64,000 nt of DNA from Mobula hypostoma (taxonomy: Eukaryota). The notes under the pieces are model-generated. The model was not told the origin of the DNA, did not search any database, and saw nothing but the letters and a program-made list of their open reading frames with translations. The DNA is taken from positions 89,280,001 to 89,344,000 of the forward strand of contig NC_086099.1 in assembly GCF_963921235.1 (NCBI RefSeq). The letters are read 5' to 3'. The position numbers and the translations under genes are program-made. Position 1 is the stretch's first letter, and every line of letters begins with the position of its first letter. This document shows, piece by piece, positions 1-13,009 of the stretch.

Positions 1-457
1 GAAGGAGTTATCATACGAGGAACGTTTGATGGCTCTGGCTCTGTACTCGCTGGAATTCAGAAGAATTCAAGGGGGGATCTCACTGAAACCTTTCAAATGT
101 TGAAAGGCCTCGACAAAGTAGCTGTGGAAAGGATGTTTCCCATGGTGGGAGAGTTCAAGACAAGATGACACAACCTCACAATAAAGGGGCGCCCTTTCAA
201 AACAGAGATGCAGAGTAATTTCTTTAGCCAAAGGGTGGTGAATTTGTGGAATCTGTTGCCATATGCAGTTGTGGAGGCCAGGTTGCTGGGTGTATTTAAG
301 GCAGAGATTGGTAGGTTCTTGACTGGACATGGCATCAAAGTTTACGGGAACTGGGGTTGAGGAGGTAAAAAAAAGGATCAGCCATGATTGAATGGCGGAG
401 CAGACTCAATGGGTTGGATGCCCTAATTCTGCTCCTATGTTCTGTGATCTTATGGTC
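1..457 (+). mobile_element. CR1 LINE 3' end (ORF2 C-terminus and 3' UTR), degraded
   Basis: Encodes SYEERL..LYSLEFRR..GDL..F.QRVVNLWN-type C-terminal CR1 motifs and ends in a TCTTATGG-type tail. Confidence 0.9.
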
Positions 458-1225
458 GCATAGTCTCACTTGAGCACCCGTGTCCCATAGGAAGCGTTGC
501 CCTGAAAGGGTGTCCATAATGAACAATAGACATGCCTGGCAGCTGGAACCCACGGGTGTTCAAAGTCCTCTGATGTTCTGGTGCACTGGCGCTATCTAAG
601 CTGCTTGATGGCTGACACTTCTTGACATTTGTGCCAAAGCGTGCTTGGTAAAAACATAAATCTGGTGTTGTCTGGTTCAGAGCCATAGGCATGAGTCTGC
701 TGGAGACTCTGCTGATGGCTTATTGAGTTAGGGAAAAGAGGTGGAATGATGCTCTTCTCCCTGGCTGAGTGTAGACTATCGGCTATTTTAACAATCTCCC
801 TATACTCCTTCACGGGTGTATTAACGAGGGCTGTGCGAACTTGATCAGGCATTAGTTGTATAAAGAGCTCTTTAAAACTAAGACAAGGATGGTGTTGCCC
901 AGGAGAGATAACATGTGGTCCATTAGTTCTGAAAGCCTAGCATCACCCAGGCAAGGCAAGGAGAGCAACTGTTTGGCACACTCAGACTCAGTCAGACCAA
1001 GATTCTGTTATAGGTGAGTTTTCAGAGTGACATATTTATAATGTGCAGGTAGGTCTTCTAGTAGACTCACCACCATGGCTGCAGTGGAACTATTGAGCGA
1101 TGCTACGACATAGTAAAATTTGATATCGTCCATGGTGATTTCTTGCAGTGTGAACTGGGGTTCCACCTGTGCAAACCACTCTGTAGCATGGTGCCCCCGA
1201 AACTCCAGCAGCTTCTTACTCTCTG
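458..1225 (-). mobile_element. Gypsy LTR retrotransposon gag/protease relic
   Basis: Minus strand reads EWFAQVEPQF..KFYYVVASL..SELMDHML..MPDQVRTAL, a CFYQARFG..KKC Cys motif, and a FLWDTGAQV aspartic-protease motif; has stops and frameshifts. Confidence 0.8.
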
Positions 1226-1679
1226 GGCACGTTGTTGAGGAGATCTGGAATTGTCTGAGAATTTTATGCCGGATTTTGTGGATTAATCAAGAGTGTCATT
1301 TTGTGTGCTTAATAAAAGACACAGACCTTTACTTCCAATACAGACAAACCAAAAGCAGTCACCTTACACCAGCATCATTACGTCAGACTCCATCTCTTAA
1401 AGTGAATGCAACAACTCAGTGAGGGTGTTTGTGAGTTATGTAGAACAGTTTCTATTATGAACAATATGTGTCATCTGTTAGCCATTACATTACCCTGCAC
1501 CACACTCTATGAAGTACAGACTAACAAGGTTATTCTGTACCATAGCTAAGTATTAAATTCCACCATTACAATGCCAGTCACTGACAATAATAATATTGTT
1601 TTCTATAGAAAACTGTACTTCTGACATGCACTTGATGTAGCTATGATCAGCAGGTTAAATAACTTTGCTGATACCCTTT

Positions 1680-2442
1680 GTGACAAATGACAAACCTGGG
1701 CAAGGGTTTCACAGTGAATGGTAGGGCTTTGAGGTACGTAATGAAACCAAAGTGACTTGGGGATACAGAATCATGATTTGCTGAAAGTGGCATCTCAGGT
1801 AGACGGTAGGAAAGAGAGCTCTTCACACATTGACCTTCATAAATGAGAGCATTGATACAGGAGTTGGGTTGTTAGGCTGAAGTTGTATATGTCATTGGTG
1901 AGGCCAAACTTAGAACAGTTCTAGTCACCTACCTTCAGGAAAGATATCAAAAAGCTTGAAAGAGAAAATTCACAAGAAAGTTGCTGGAACTTGAGGACCT
2001 GAGTTATAGGAATGGTCGAAAAATTTAGGTCTTTATTTCCTGGAGTGCAGGAGAATGAGGAGAGATCTTATGGAGGGATACAAAATTATGAAGGGTAGAG
2101 AGAGGGTAAATGTATGCATGCAGGCTTTTCTCCTTAGGTTGGGTGAGAACAGAGCTAGAGACTTAGTTTATGGGTGAAAGGTGAAATATTTAAAGGGAAC
2201 CCGAGGGGTAATTTCTTCATGGAGCGGGCGGAGCAAGCTTGAAATGAGGTGTCAGTGTAAGTATTAGTGCAGGTTCAATTGTAACATTTCAGAGAAGTTT
2301 GGATAGGTACGTGGGTGAGAGAGGTTTGGAAGGATATGTTCTGAGAGTGGTTGGATGAAACTAGGCAGAAGATCAGGTCAATATGGACTGCGTGGACTAA
2401 AAATTCTGTTTATATGCTATAAGTATTTGATCACTCTATGAC
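1680..2442 (+). mobile_element. CR1 LINE 3' fragment, degraded
   Basis: TVNGRAL, KVASQVD, LVRPNLE and RRMRRDL remnants followed by a CR1-type 3' UTR. Confidence 0.85.
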
Positions 2443-2899
2443 AACTGAAATAAGCCTGATGCATAAATGTCAATGTTTGTAATATTACTGTTGGGCACCT
2501 CTGTGCCAGAAGTTAACTGGAGGTCCCATCATGGGCATCAATGCACCATTCATGAAATGGTACCTCCAAGATCTTATGGAAATAGAAAATGTTGTAAATG
2601 ATCTGCAGGCTTGGCACCAGACTTTGATAGAAAACCAGGGGAATGTTTAGTGGTCCTCGATCAAACCACAAGAGGCAGTTGTGGCAGTACAATCTAGCCA
2701 TACTTTTTCTGTAGATGGACCTTTGTGAGGCTTTGACTTTATGCAAAGTACTGCTGTAGCATGCCGATACAGGGAAATGAAGGGTGATCCCACTGTGATG
2801 GTTGATTCTAATTACTCCAGAAGAGCTTTGGAATTGTCAAAGGAAGGTAAGTGACCTTCTCCTGTGCTCTGGTTTCCTGTGGAACCAGAACATGTGACC

Positions 2900-3140
2900 C
2901 AGTGGTGCAGAGATTAGAACTTCTGCCTCCGAGCTCCAATGGCTCAGTTTAAGCCTGATCTCTGGCACTGCTGATGCAGAGTTGCCATGTTCTCCCCGTA
3001 ACTGTGTGACTTTTCCCTGCCTACTCTGATTCCCTCCTACATCCCAAAGAGTTGGAAAGGCCTAGCCCCTGTAAATTACCCTAGAGTGTAAGTGACTAGT
3101 TAGAATCTGGTGGGATTCAATGGAAATGTGGGGATGACTA
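2900..3140 (+). mobile_element. tRNA-derived V-SINE (HE1-like), 5' part; probably resumes at about 6852-6925
   Basis: Central V-domain-like text GAGTTGCCATGTTCTCCCCGTAACTGTGTG..CCTCCTACATCCCAAAGA; the post-6851 sequence resembles the SINE tail at 57040-57150. Confidence 0.7.
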
Positions 3141-6100
3141 TGGAAAATATTCTTAGAGATGGTATATATAATTATCTAGATAGACAGGGTCTGATTAGGA
3201 ACAGTCAACATGTACTTGTGCATGGAAGGTCATGTTTGACAAATCTTATTGAATTTTTTGAAGAGGTTACTAGGAAAGTTGACGAGGGTAAAGTAATGGA
3301 TGTTGTCTATATGGAATTAAGTAAGGCCTTTGACAAGGTTCCACATAGAAACCATAGAAACTACAGCACAGAAACAGGCCTTTTGGCCCTTCTTGGCTGT
3401 GCCGAACCATTTTCTGCCTAGTCCCACTGACCTGCACGCGAACCATATCCCTCCATACACCTCCCATCCATGTATCTGTCCAATTTATTCATAAATGTTA
3501 AAAAAGTACCCGCATTTACCACCTCACCTGTCAGCTCATTCCATACTCCCACCACTCTCTGTGTGAAGAAGCCCCCCCGCTAATGTTCCCTTTAAACTTT
3601 TCCCCCCTCACTTTAACCCATGTCCTCTGGTTTTTTTCTCCCCTTGCCTCAGTGGAAAAAGCCTGCTTGCATTCACTTTATCTATACCCATCATAATTTT
3701 ATATACCTCTATCAAATCTCCCCTCATTCTTCTATGCTCCAGGGAATAAAGTCCTAACCTATTCAACCTTTCTCTGTAACTGAGTTTCTTAAGTCCTGGC
3801 AACATCCTTGTAAACCTTCTCTGCACTCTTTCAACCTTATTTATATCCTTCCTGTAATTTGGTGACCAAAACTGAACACAATACTCCAGATTCAGCCTCA
3901 CCAATGCCTTATACAACCTCATCATAACATTTCAGCTCTTATACTCAATACTTTGATTAATAAAGGCCAATGTACCAAAAGCTCTCTTTACGACCCTATC
4001 TACTTGTGACGCCACTTTTAGGGAATTTTGTATCTGTATTCCCAGATCCCTCTGTTCTACTGCACTCCTCAGTGCCTTACCATTAACCCTGTATGTTCTA
4101 CCTTGGTTTGTCCTTCCAACGTGCAATACCTCACACTTGTCTGTATTAAACTCCATCTGGCATTTTTCAGCCCATTTTTCCAGCTGTTCCAAGTCTCTCT
4201 GCAGGCTCTGAAAACCTTCCTCACTGTCTACTACACCTCCAATCTTTGTATCATTAGCAAATTTGCTGATCCAATTTACCCGATTATCATCCAGATCATT
4301 GATATAGATGACAGATAACAATGGACCCAGCACTGATCCCTGTGGCACACCACTAATCACAGGCCTCCACTCAGAGAAGCAATTCTCTACCACCACTCTT
4401 TGACTTCTTCCATTGAGCCAATGTCTAATCCAATTTACCACCTCTCCATGTGTACCTAGCGACTGAATTTTTCTAACTAACCTCCCATGCGGGCCCTTGT
4501 CAAAGGCCTTACTGAAATCCATGTAGACAATATCCACTGCCTTCCCTTCATCCACTTTCCTGGTAACCTCCTCGAAAAACTCCAATAGATTGGTCAAACA
4601 TGACCTACCACACACAAAGCCATGTTGACTCTCCCTAATAAGTCCCTGTCTATCCAAATGCTTGAAGATTCTGTCTCTTAGTACTCCCTCCAATAACTTA
4701 CCTACTACCGACATTAAACTCACCAGCCTATAATTTCCCGGATTACTTTTCGATCCTTTTTTAAACAACGGAACAACTTGAGCCACTCTCCAATCCTCCG
4801 GCACCTCACCCGTAGACAGTGACATTTTAAATATTTCTGCCAGGGCCCCCGCAATTTCAACACTAGTCTCCTTCAAGGTCCGAGGGAACACTCTGTCAGG
4901 TCCCAGGGATTTATCCACTTTAATTTTCCTCAAGACAGCAAGCACCTCCTCCTTTTCAATCTGTACAGTTTCCATGATCTCACTACTTGACTCCCTCAAT
5001 ACCATAGACTTCATGCCAGTTTCCTTAGTAAATACAGACGCAAAAAACCTATTTAAGATCTCCCCCATTTCCTTTGGTGCCGCACAAAGCCGACCACTCT
5101 GATCTTCAAGAGGACCAATTTTATCCCTTACAATTGTTTTGCTCTTAATATACCTGTAAAAGCTCTTTGGATTATCCTTCACTTTGACTGCCAAGGCAAC
5201 CTCATGTCTTCTTTTAGCCCTCCTGATTACTTTCTTAAGTATTTTCTTGCACTTCTTATACTCCTCAAGCACCTGATTTACTCCCTGTTTCCTATACATT
5301 TCATACAACTCCCTCTTCTTCTTTATCAGAGTTGCAATATCCCTTGAGAACCAAGCTTCCTTATTCCTATTCAATTTTCCTTTAATCCTGACAGGAACAT
5401 ATAAACTCTGCACTCTCAAAATTGCCCCTTTGAAGACTTCCCACCTACCAATCACATCTTTGCCAGAGAACAACCTGTCCCAATCCACGCTTTATAGATC
5501 TTTTCTCATTTCTTCAAATTTAGCCTTCTTCCAGTTCAGAACCTCAACCCTAGGACCAGATCTATCCTTGTCCATGGTCAAATTGAAACTAATGGTGTTA
5601 TGATCACTGGAACCAAAGTGCTCCCCTACACAGACTTCCGTCACTTGTCCTAACTCGTTTCCTAACAGGAGATCCAATATTGCATCCCCTCTAGTTGGTC
5701 GTTAGTTAGGAAGGTTTAATTGTTAGGTATTAATATAGAAGTAGTAAAATGGATTCAGCAGTGGCTGAGTGGGAGACGCCAGAGAGTAGTGGTGGATAAC
5801 TGCTTGTCAGACTGGAGGCCGGTGTCTAGTGGTGTGCCTCAGGGATCTGTACTGGGACCAATGTTGTTTGTCATATATATTAATGATCTGGATGATGGAG
5901 TGGTAAATTGGTTTAGTAAGTATACAGATAATACTAAGATAGGTGGAGTTCTGGATAATGAAATAGGTTTTCAAACCTTGCAGAGAGATTTAGGTCAATT
6001 AGAAGAGTGGGCTGAAAGATGGCAGATGGAATTTAATGCTGATAAATAAATGTGAGGTGCTTCATTTTGGTAGGACTAATCAAAATAGGACATACATGGT

Positions 6101-6851
6101 AAATGGTAGGGCATTGGAGAATGCAGTAGAACAGAGGGGTCTAGGAATAATGGTGCATAATTCCCTGAAGGTGGAATCTCATGTGGATAGGGTGGTGAAG
6201 AAAGCTTTTGGTATGCTGGCCTTTATAAATCGGAGCATTGAGTATAGGAGTTGCGATGTAATGTTGAAATTGTACAAGGCATTCGTAAGGCCAAATTTGG
6301 AGTATTGTGTACAGTTCTGGTCACTGAATTATAGGAAAGATGTCAACAAAATTGAGAGAGTACAGAGGAGATTTAAAAGAATATTGCCTGGGTTTCATCT
6401 CCTAAGTTACAGGGGAAGGTTGAACAAGTTGGGTCTTTATTCTTTGGACTGTAGAAGGTTGAGGGGGGCCTTGATAGAAGTATTTAAAATTATGAGGGGG
6501 ATAGATAGAGTTGACGTGGATAGGCTTTTTCCATTGAGAGTGGGGGAGATTCAAACAAGAGGACATGAGTTGAGAGTTAAAGGGCAAAAGTTTATGGGTA
6601 ACATGAGGGGGAACTTCTTTACTCAGAGAGTGATAGCTGTGTGGAACAAGCTTCCAGCAGAAGTGGTTGAAGCAAGTTCGATGTTGTCATTTAAAGTTAA
6701 ATTGGATAGATATATGGACAGGAAAGGAATGGAGGGTTATGGGCTGAGTGCAGGTCGGTGGGACTAGGTGAGAGTAAGAGTTCGGCATGGACTAGAAGGG
6801 CTGAGATGGCTTGTTTCCGTGCTGTACTTGTTATATGGTTATATGGTTATG
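3141..6851 (+). mobile_element. 5'-truncated CR1 LINE (RT to 3' end), split by the antisense CR1 at 3345-5700
   Basis: RT reads ..SKAFDKVPH up to 3346 and resumes LVRKV at 5701; ORFs 5720-6049 and 6036-6767; (GGTTATAT)n tail at 6831-6851. Confidence 0.92.
3345..5700 (-). mobile_element. Young 5'-truncated CR1 LINE (end of APE endonuclease, tether, RT, C-terminus)
   Basis: ORFs 5492-5677, 3932-5488 (518 aa) and 3608-3925 separated by single stops; SQHGF, PQGSVLGP, YINDL; catalytic FADD reads FAND; GTTTCTATG-type tail. Confidence 0.95.
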
Positions 6852-7489
6852 TAACTAGTCATAGGAAAAAATTAGTGAGAGAAAGGGATTGCTCTCTGAG
6901 CCTGTATAGACTCAATCGTCCATAAAGGAAAGCAGGTAATGTGGTAATATATGGTAAATTTACACTGAATAAGTGAGGAATTATAATATTGAAAGAAATA
7001 GGAGAATATTAATACTGAAAATAGAAAATATTTCCAAGTGAAAGAGAAGAATCACTTTTTGATGATCTTCTCTGATTTCTGTAATGCCAGAAACACTTAA
7101 AAACGATCTACCAGAAGCACTGCCTCTTTCATCTGGTTGAACAGAGTTCATAGCAGATTCTCAGTAAGAGTCAGCAAAAACCACTCATGCTTGGAAAGTG
7201 TTCTGCTGCAATAGATATTAGGATAACGATGAAATCATTGAGGCCAAAACCCAGTGGGCCGTGCTACTGACACTCACAGCAGGATTATGCCTGCTGACAC
7301 CAATCAGTGCTGACCTCAGCCGTTGCTGCAGTGTGCCTGGTTTTGCGATGAAGCCCTAGTATGCTGATAGGAAAAGAGATAGATATTTAGAGTGAACGAT
7401 TGAAGAGATCTGTTTTCTTCTCCGTGTTCCTGAATCTTCCTGGAGCTGCATTCAATCAGGCACTCTGACCTGACTAGCTGAGAAAGGGG

Positions 7490-7745
7490 CATAGAACTGT
7501 AGTGGCCTTTCAGCCTACGATATTGTCACCCTGCAAAAACCTACTTCATGATCAACCCAACACTTGGCCCCTACACAGCACAGACCTCTCCAAATTTTCC
7601 TTCATCCATGTTGCCATCTAAGAATCTCTTAAATGTTCTTTACTATATCAGCCTCTAGTATCACTTGTTCAGTGCATTTCAGATACCCACCACTTTGTAT
7701 GTAAAAAACCTACATGATGTCGAACATCTGAAAAATCTGACATCT
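7490..7745 (-). mobile_element. CR1 3' end fragment
   Basis: Reverse strand matches the CR1 terminal coding part and 3' UTR ending GTTCTATG. Confidence 0.65.
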
Positions 7746-7746
7746 C

Positions 7747-7890
7747 CTACTACTACTACATCGACTCAGGCCTAGGGGGCCGGCGTCGTGCATGAAGACA
7801 GACTCTCCACTTCTCCCTCTCCCTCATCAGTGTGTTCAGTTCATCTACATTAGCCGCGCCGCTGTCTTCTAGGAGCGTGTTGACCATAGC
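7747..7890 (-). mobile_element. RTE-clade LINE 3' terminus
   Basis: Minus strand reads MVNTLLEDSGAANVDELNTLMRE..WR followed by a (TAG)n tail. Confidence 0.65.
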
Positions 7891-7894
7891 CTTT

Positions 7895-8785
7895 TTTTCC
7901 CAACAGTGGCTTTCTCTTTGCCACTCTGTGTCATTACCCTTATTACATCCTTTTCCAGCTCCCTTTGCAATCTCAACCCCACTTCCTGGCTACTATTTGG
8001 AGGCCTATATATGATTCCCATAATGTTTTTCTTTACCCTTGTAATTTCTTAACTCCCCCACAAAGATTCAACGTTCTCTGATCCTATGTCACCTCTTTCT
8101 AAAAATATAATTCCATCGTTTACCAACACAGCCACACCACAAACTATTCCTTCCTGCCTGTCCTTTCAATACAAAGTATATCCTTTGATGATAAGCTCCC
8201 AATTATGGCCTCCTTTCAGCCAGGATTCAATGATGCTCACAACATCATACCAACCAATCTCTAGTTGCGCCTTGAGTTCATCCACCTTATTCCAAATGCC
8301 ACACGTATTTAAATACAGCATCTTCAGTCATGCATTCTTCTCCCTTTTGAATTTTGCCTCTGTGGTACAATTTAACTCTTTGCTCTGTCTCCATTGGTAC
8401 CCAGTCATTGGCTTGTTCTTCCTTACATTCATGTTACACCCATCATCTATTTGTAAACCTGCTGGCTCATCCTCAGCTGTGTCATCCTCAGCTCTGTCAT
8501 CCTGGCTCTCATCCCCCTGCCATATTAGTTTAAACCACTGCCAACATCTCCAGTAAACCTGCCTGCAAGAATATCGGTTCCCCTACTTGCCTTCTGTTGG
8601 TTTTTAAAAACTTCCCAATTCTCTAACTTCCCACTAATCTATTCTCTATTATATGTCCTCTCTTTGGCTTTTATGTTGGCTTTGACTTCTCTTGTTAGCC
8701 ATGGTTGTGTCATCTTTTCTTTAGACAATTCTTCCTCTTTGGGATGTATACAGTATATCCTGTGCCTTCTGAATTGCTTCCAGCA
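7895..8785 (-). mobile_element. CR1 fragments: ORF1 end, APE endonuclease start and tether piece
   Basis: Minus strand LKMLYLNTCGIWNKVDEL..YDVVSIIESWL (APE N-terminus) and PWLTREVKANIKAKER; homologous to 14080-15300. Confidence 0.8.
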
Positions 8786-8904
8786 TCACCACTCCTCTGC
8801 ATCTGCAAACTACTGGTAGATATGGGCACTTTGACAGCACCAACAATGGCACCTTCCATTATTTTGCTGATGATTTGAAGTCACCCACTGCCCAGTAATT
8901 GATT

Positions 8905-9232
8905 GGATACAATGTTGGAAAATGTATGGTCATGCACTTTGGTGGAAAAATAAATGGGCAGACTATTACTTAGATGGGGGAGAGAATTCAAAATGCAGAG
9001 ATGCAAAGGGACTTGGGAGTCTTTGTGCAGGATGCCCTTAAGGTTAACCTCCAGGTTGAGTCGGTTGTGAAGAAGGTGAATGCAATGTTGGCATTAATTT
9101 CTAGAGGTATAGAATATAAGAGCAGGGATGTGATGTTGAGGCTCTATAAGGCACTCGTGAGACCACCTTTGGGTATTGTGTGCAGTTTTGGGCTCCTTAT
9201 TTTAGAAAGGATATCCTGACACTGGAGAGGGT
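8905..9232 (+). mobile_element. CR1 ORF2 internal fragment
   Basis: QRDLGVFVQDALKV..IEYKSRDVMLRLYKALVRP. Confidence 0.85.
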
Positions 9233-9399
9233 TGGGCTGAATATTCCTGAATATCTGCTTTCGCAAATCCCACAATGGATGTATAAGATTCAGCCCCAAC
9301 TGAAAAAGTACAACTCAGATGATTGCTTAATTTTAATTATATTTATCAGAAACTCTATTCCCTATTCCACTTTATTGTCACTTGCTGAAAATTTATTCT

Positions 9400-9655
9400 T
9401 AAACCTTCACCTTGACATCATCTGCAGATCCCAGATATGCTTCCTGGCACTATTAAGTCTAAATCATTTGTGTATAGAATGAAAAGTGATAGTTCTAGCA
9501 GCAAACCCCAGAAGACTTCAACTATCAACTCGAGAATGTCTCTTTTATTACAACTTTCCTCCTCCTGTTCCCAAAACAATTTTACAGATATGCCACAAGG
9601 TTGTTTCCAGTCCCATATGCCCTTATTTTAATTGATAATCTTCCATGCTTTCTGA
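9400..9655 (-). mobile_element. Old CR1 RT fragment
   Basis: Minus strand remnants HGRLSIKIRAYG and FILYTNDLD..ADDVK. Confidence 0.55.
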
Positions 9656-10214
9656 AAATCCCTGTGTACAATGTGCATTAATCCTCTAACCCCTTGGTGG
9701 CTCTATTGAAGAATCTGTCACATTGGAACAGTTCTTTCATCTCAATAATCAGCTTTCGGAGAAGAAAAAAAACAGAAAAATAATTAAATGAAATCAGAAA
9801 ATATTGGACTCGCACAGCATGTCGGGCAGTATCTGTGAAAAACAAAACAGAGTTGTTTGTTTCAAGTTGAAGACCTTACATTCTGTAAAAATAATAAGCT
9901 AAGTTTTGCACGGACATTCTAGTTGTTCTGTGTACTTGTTTAGCAGCAATTGTCATGTTGTGACATTGGTGCTCAGTACTGGTGGAATCAGGTCTTCCAT
10001 TGTTCAACAGTTGAGTACAAAGCTGGAGAGCTCAGGTCTGACTGCACAAAACACTGATACACTATGGGGCAGCTCAGATCTCTCACTAGAGTACAAAAGC
10101 AAAGCAAAACCAAACAAACCCAAACGGACCCATTAAAAAAAAACTGTCAAGCGCCCAATGTGCAGAGAGAAAAAACAAATCATGCAAATAATAAAAGCAA
10201 GCAAATAGCATCCA

Positions 10215-10778
10215 GAACTTCAGTTAGGAGCCATTTTTGAATACTTTCATGTAAGATTCCACCAACTAAATAATCTCTTAGGGTATCACCGAACTGACAA
10301 TGTTCAGACAACTTCTTCAACTCAGCCTCGTATGCTTCCTTTTGATTCCGCTTATGAAACCTAAAGCATTCTGCAGTCAACAATCGTTTTGGTTTAAATG
10401 TTCCTGCATTACTTTTACGATATCAGCAAAGCTCATTTCTGTTTTTTTGAAAAGACTCGGATGTCTCACCGTTCTTCAACCGTTAGGTAGTAGTCTCAAG
10501 TTTGTTTTAAAAATACCTTGTCACCACCATTGAGTTTTGTACAGTTGAAAACATTAAACTAATTGAAAGAAAGGCACAGGAGGTGAGAGATGCGAGTACG
10601 TAGTTCTGATTTACTCTTAGCGGTTTGAGCACATATCATGTGGTCGCATCATGGCGTATGCAATTCACATAATTTTGCGTATAACCTGTAGTGAATTATT
10701 TTTTAAAAATAAGGATGCTTAATCAAACAAAATATTTACAATATTGCTTAAATATTACAAAACATAAATACACGACAC
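10215..10778 (-). mobile_element. Gypsy gag fragment with PBS-like site and probable 5' LTR
   Basis: AECFRFHKRNQKE..ELKKLSEHCQFGDTLRDYLVGGI gag motif; TGGTGACAAGG PBS-like sequence near 10510-10525; LTR-like segment starting TGTCGTG on the minus strand. Confidence 0.7.
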
Positions 10779-11439
10779 ATTTGTCTCCATAGAGTATGCT
10801 CGAACTGTTGAGCTCATCCACCAGATTACTTGTTGCTTTGGGTTCATTATTGATCATAGATGATGGATTTTGCTGGAATGCCAGAGCTAATGATTAACCT
10901 GTTTTACTGCATTCATTTTTTCAGAATGTGCGCACAATATTAGCAAGTCCAGCAATGATTACACACATCTTGCAAAGGTGGTGCTGACCCAACTTCTTGA
11001 ACTTTGGCAGTCCATACTTTAAAGGAAAGAACAGAAGATTTCACTCCGGATGCATTGCAACTCCAAGCAGGTATTTTTGCTGAGGCCAGCAAGGTCTGCT
11101 GCAACGGACTCTCTACAAACCTACTGTACAAATAATTTACGATCTCTTCAAGCAGTGCTGGAGTTCAGTTCCATCTTCCTGAGGGTCCTAATGTTAAGTG
11201 TGTAAATCAGTTTTGCATGTTCACAGGGAGGTATCAATTTCCCTTGCATAATGGCTGATATTACCCCCTTTGTGTTCTGAATGTGTTAAAAACCTGATCT
11301 GCATGATCATTCATTCTGCATGATCATCATTGGAAATACTAACCATGATTTCTGACAATGCAGTCGGCATAACAACCATGTGCAATGCTTTAAATGGCTG
11401 ATAATGGCACATACTGAAAACTCCATTCCTGCCATATTG

Positions 11440-12722
11440 GACTCTCACTAACATGCTTACCGACGGAGCAACTCAATGCCAGATGCCACAGCACCTCCCC
11501 TCACATACCCAGAAAACAAGGACACCTAAGTTAGAATGCTGCTTCTGGATTTTGATTTGTTTTTTAACACTATAGTCCCACACACCTTGGTGAGCAAACT
11601 CCTGCTCCTCGATCTAAGTACACGACTGTGCATCTGGCGTTGGACTTCCTAACCAACAGACCTCAGATGGTCAGGACGTACGACCACTCCTCCCTCCCCA
11701 GCATCCTCAATACGGGTGCCCCTGCTGCGCCCCCCCAGGGCTGTGTGCTGAGCCGAATGCTGTACAATCTGCTCACACATGACCGCATGGCCAATAACCT
11801 GAGAAATCACATTGCTAAGTTTACTGATGACACAACAGTGGTGGGACTCACCAACAACCATGAGATGGCCTACAGAGAGGAGGTGGAAGAACTCAGGGCC
11901 TGGCGCCAGGCAAATAACCCCTTCCTCAATGTTAACAAGACAAAGAGCATGGCTATCGACTTCAGGAGAATTCGCACCACTCGCATCCTGCCTTAGGTCA
12001 GTGCACAGCAGTGGAAATTGCAAGCCGTTTCAAACGTCTGGGAGTCCACATCACACACAACCTCTCATGGTCCCAGGACACATCAAATACAGTTAATAAA
12101 GCTCAACAATGCCTCTACTTTCTTAGGAGGTTGAAAAGAGCTGGACTTTGCACATCAATGCTCACATTATCCTATAGATGCACAGTAGAGAGCATCCTAA
12201 CATGCTGCATCATTGTTTGGTATAGAAACTTCACTGTGCGGACAGGAAGGCTCGAGAATTGGTAGTCAAAATTACTGGATGCAACATTGGCACCAGCCTA
12301 CCCACCAACAAGGACATATATGCAGAAAAATGTCAGAAAAGGGCTAGTAACCTCATGAAGGATCCGACCCACCCTACTCGGAGACTGTTTGTCCCACTCT
12401 CATCAGGGAGGAGGCTACGGAGCATCCATGTCAGGACCACCAGACTTAAAACAGTTACTTTCCCCAAGCAGTAAGACTTCTCAGCACCTTCACTAACTTA
12501 CTCCATCAGCACTTTATTGTTTCCAGTCAGCCTAGAATCACTTTATGAACATACAAACAATATGTTTTAGCTATCTTATCTATTTGTATTTATTGCGTTT
12601 TCTTATTATTATTATGTTCATGTCTTTTGTGTTTTTTTTGTGTTGCATCAGACCTGGAGTAACAATTATTTCATTCTCCTTTACACTTGTGTAGGGAAAA
12701 TGACTTTAAACAATCTTGAATC
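11440..12722 (+). mobile_element. Rex1/Babar-clade LINE, 5'-truncated and degraded
   Basis: LDFLTNRPQ, TGAP..PQGCVLS, KFTDDTTVVGL, LNVNKTK, KAQQCLYFLRRLK; T-rich 3' UTR ending AATCTTGAATCT. Confidence 0.88.
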
Positions 12723-13009
12723 TCAGCTCGAGTTTCACCTGTTATAAAATACTGGATCCTTGCTTGCATCTATTCTCTTAACAACAATGGTAGAAATATC
12801 ACTTGGTGATCAGAGGCTATTTCTGTAACAAGGTATAGCAAAATATCTCGAGATGCTTCATAAATGTGCATTCAATAACATGATTTCTGGGACCAAATTA
12901 AAGACATGGAGACAGAGGAAACTACAGATACTGCAGTCTGAAGTGACATGACATGCAACCTGCTGAACTCAGCAGGTCAGTAGTTTTAAAAAAGGAACAT
13001 TTGTGGGCT

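Noticed and set aside
10925-11070. Possible exon after TTCATTTTTTCAG
   Set aside because: All three frames contain stops and the donor (CAG|GTATTT) is weak
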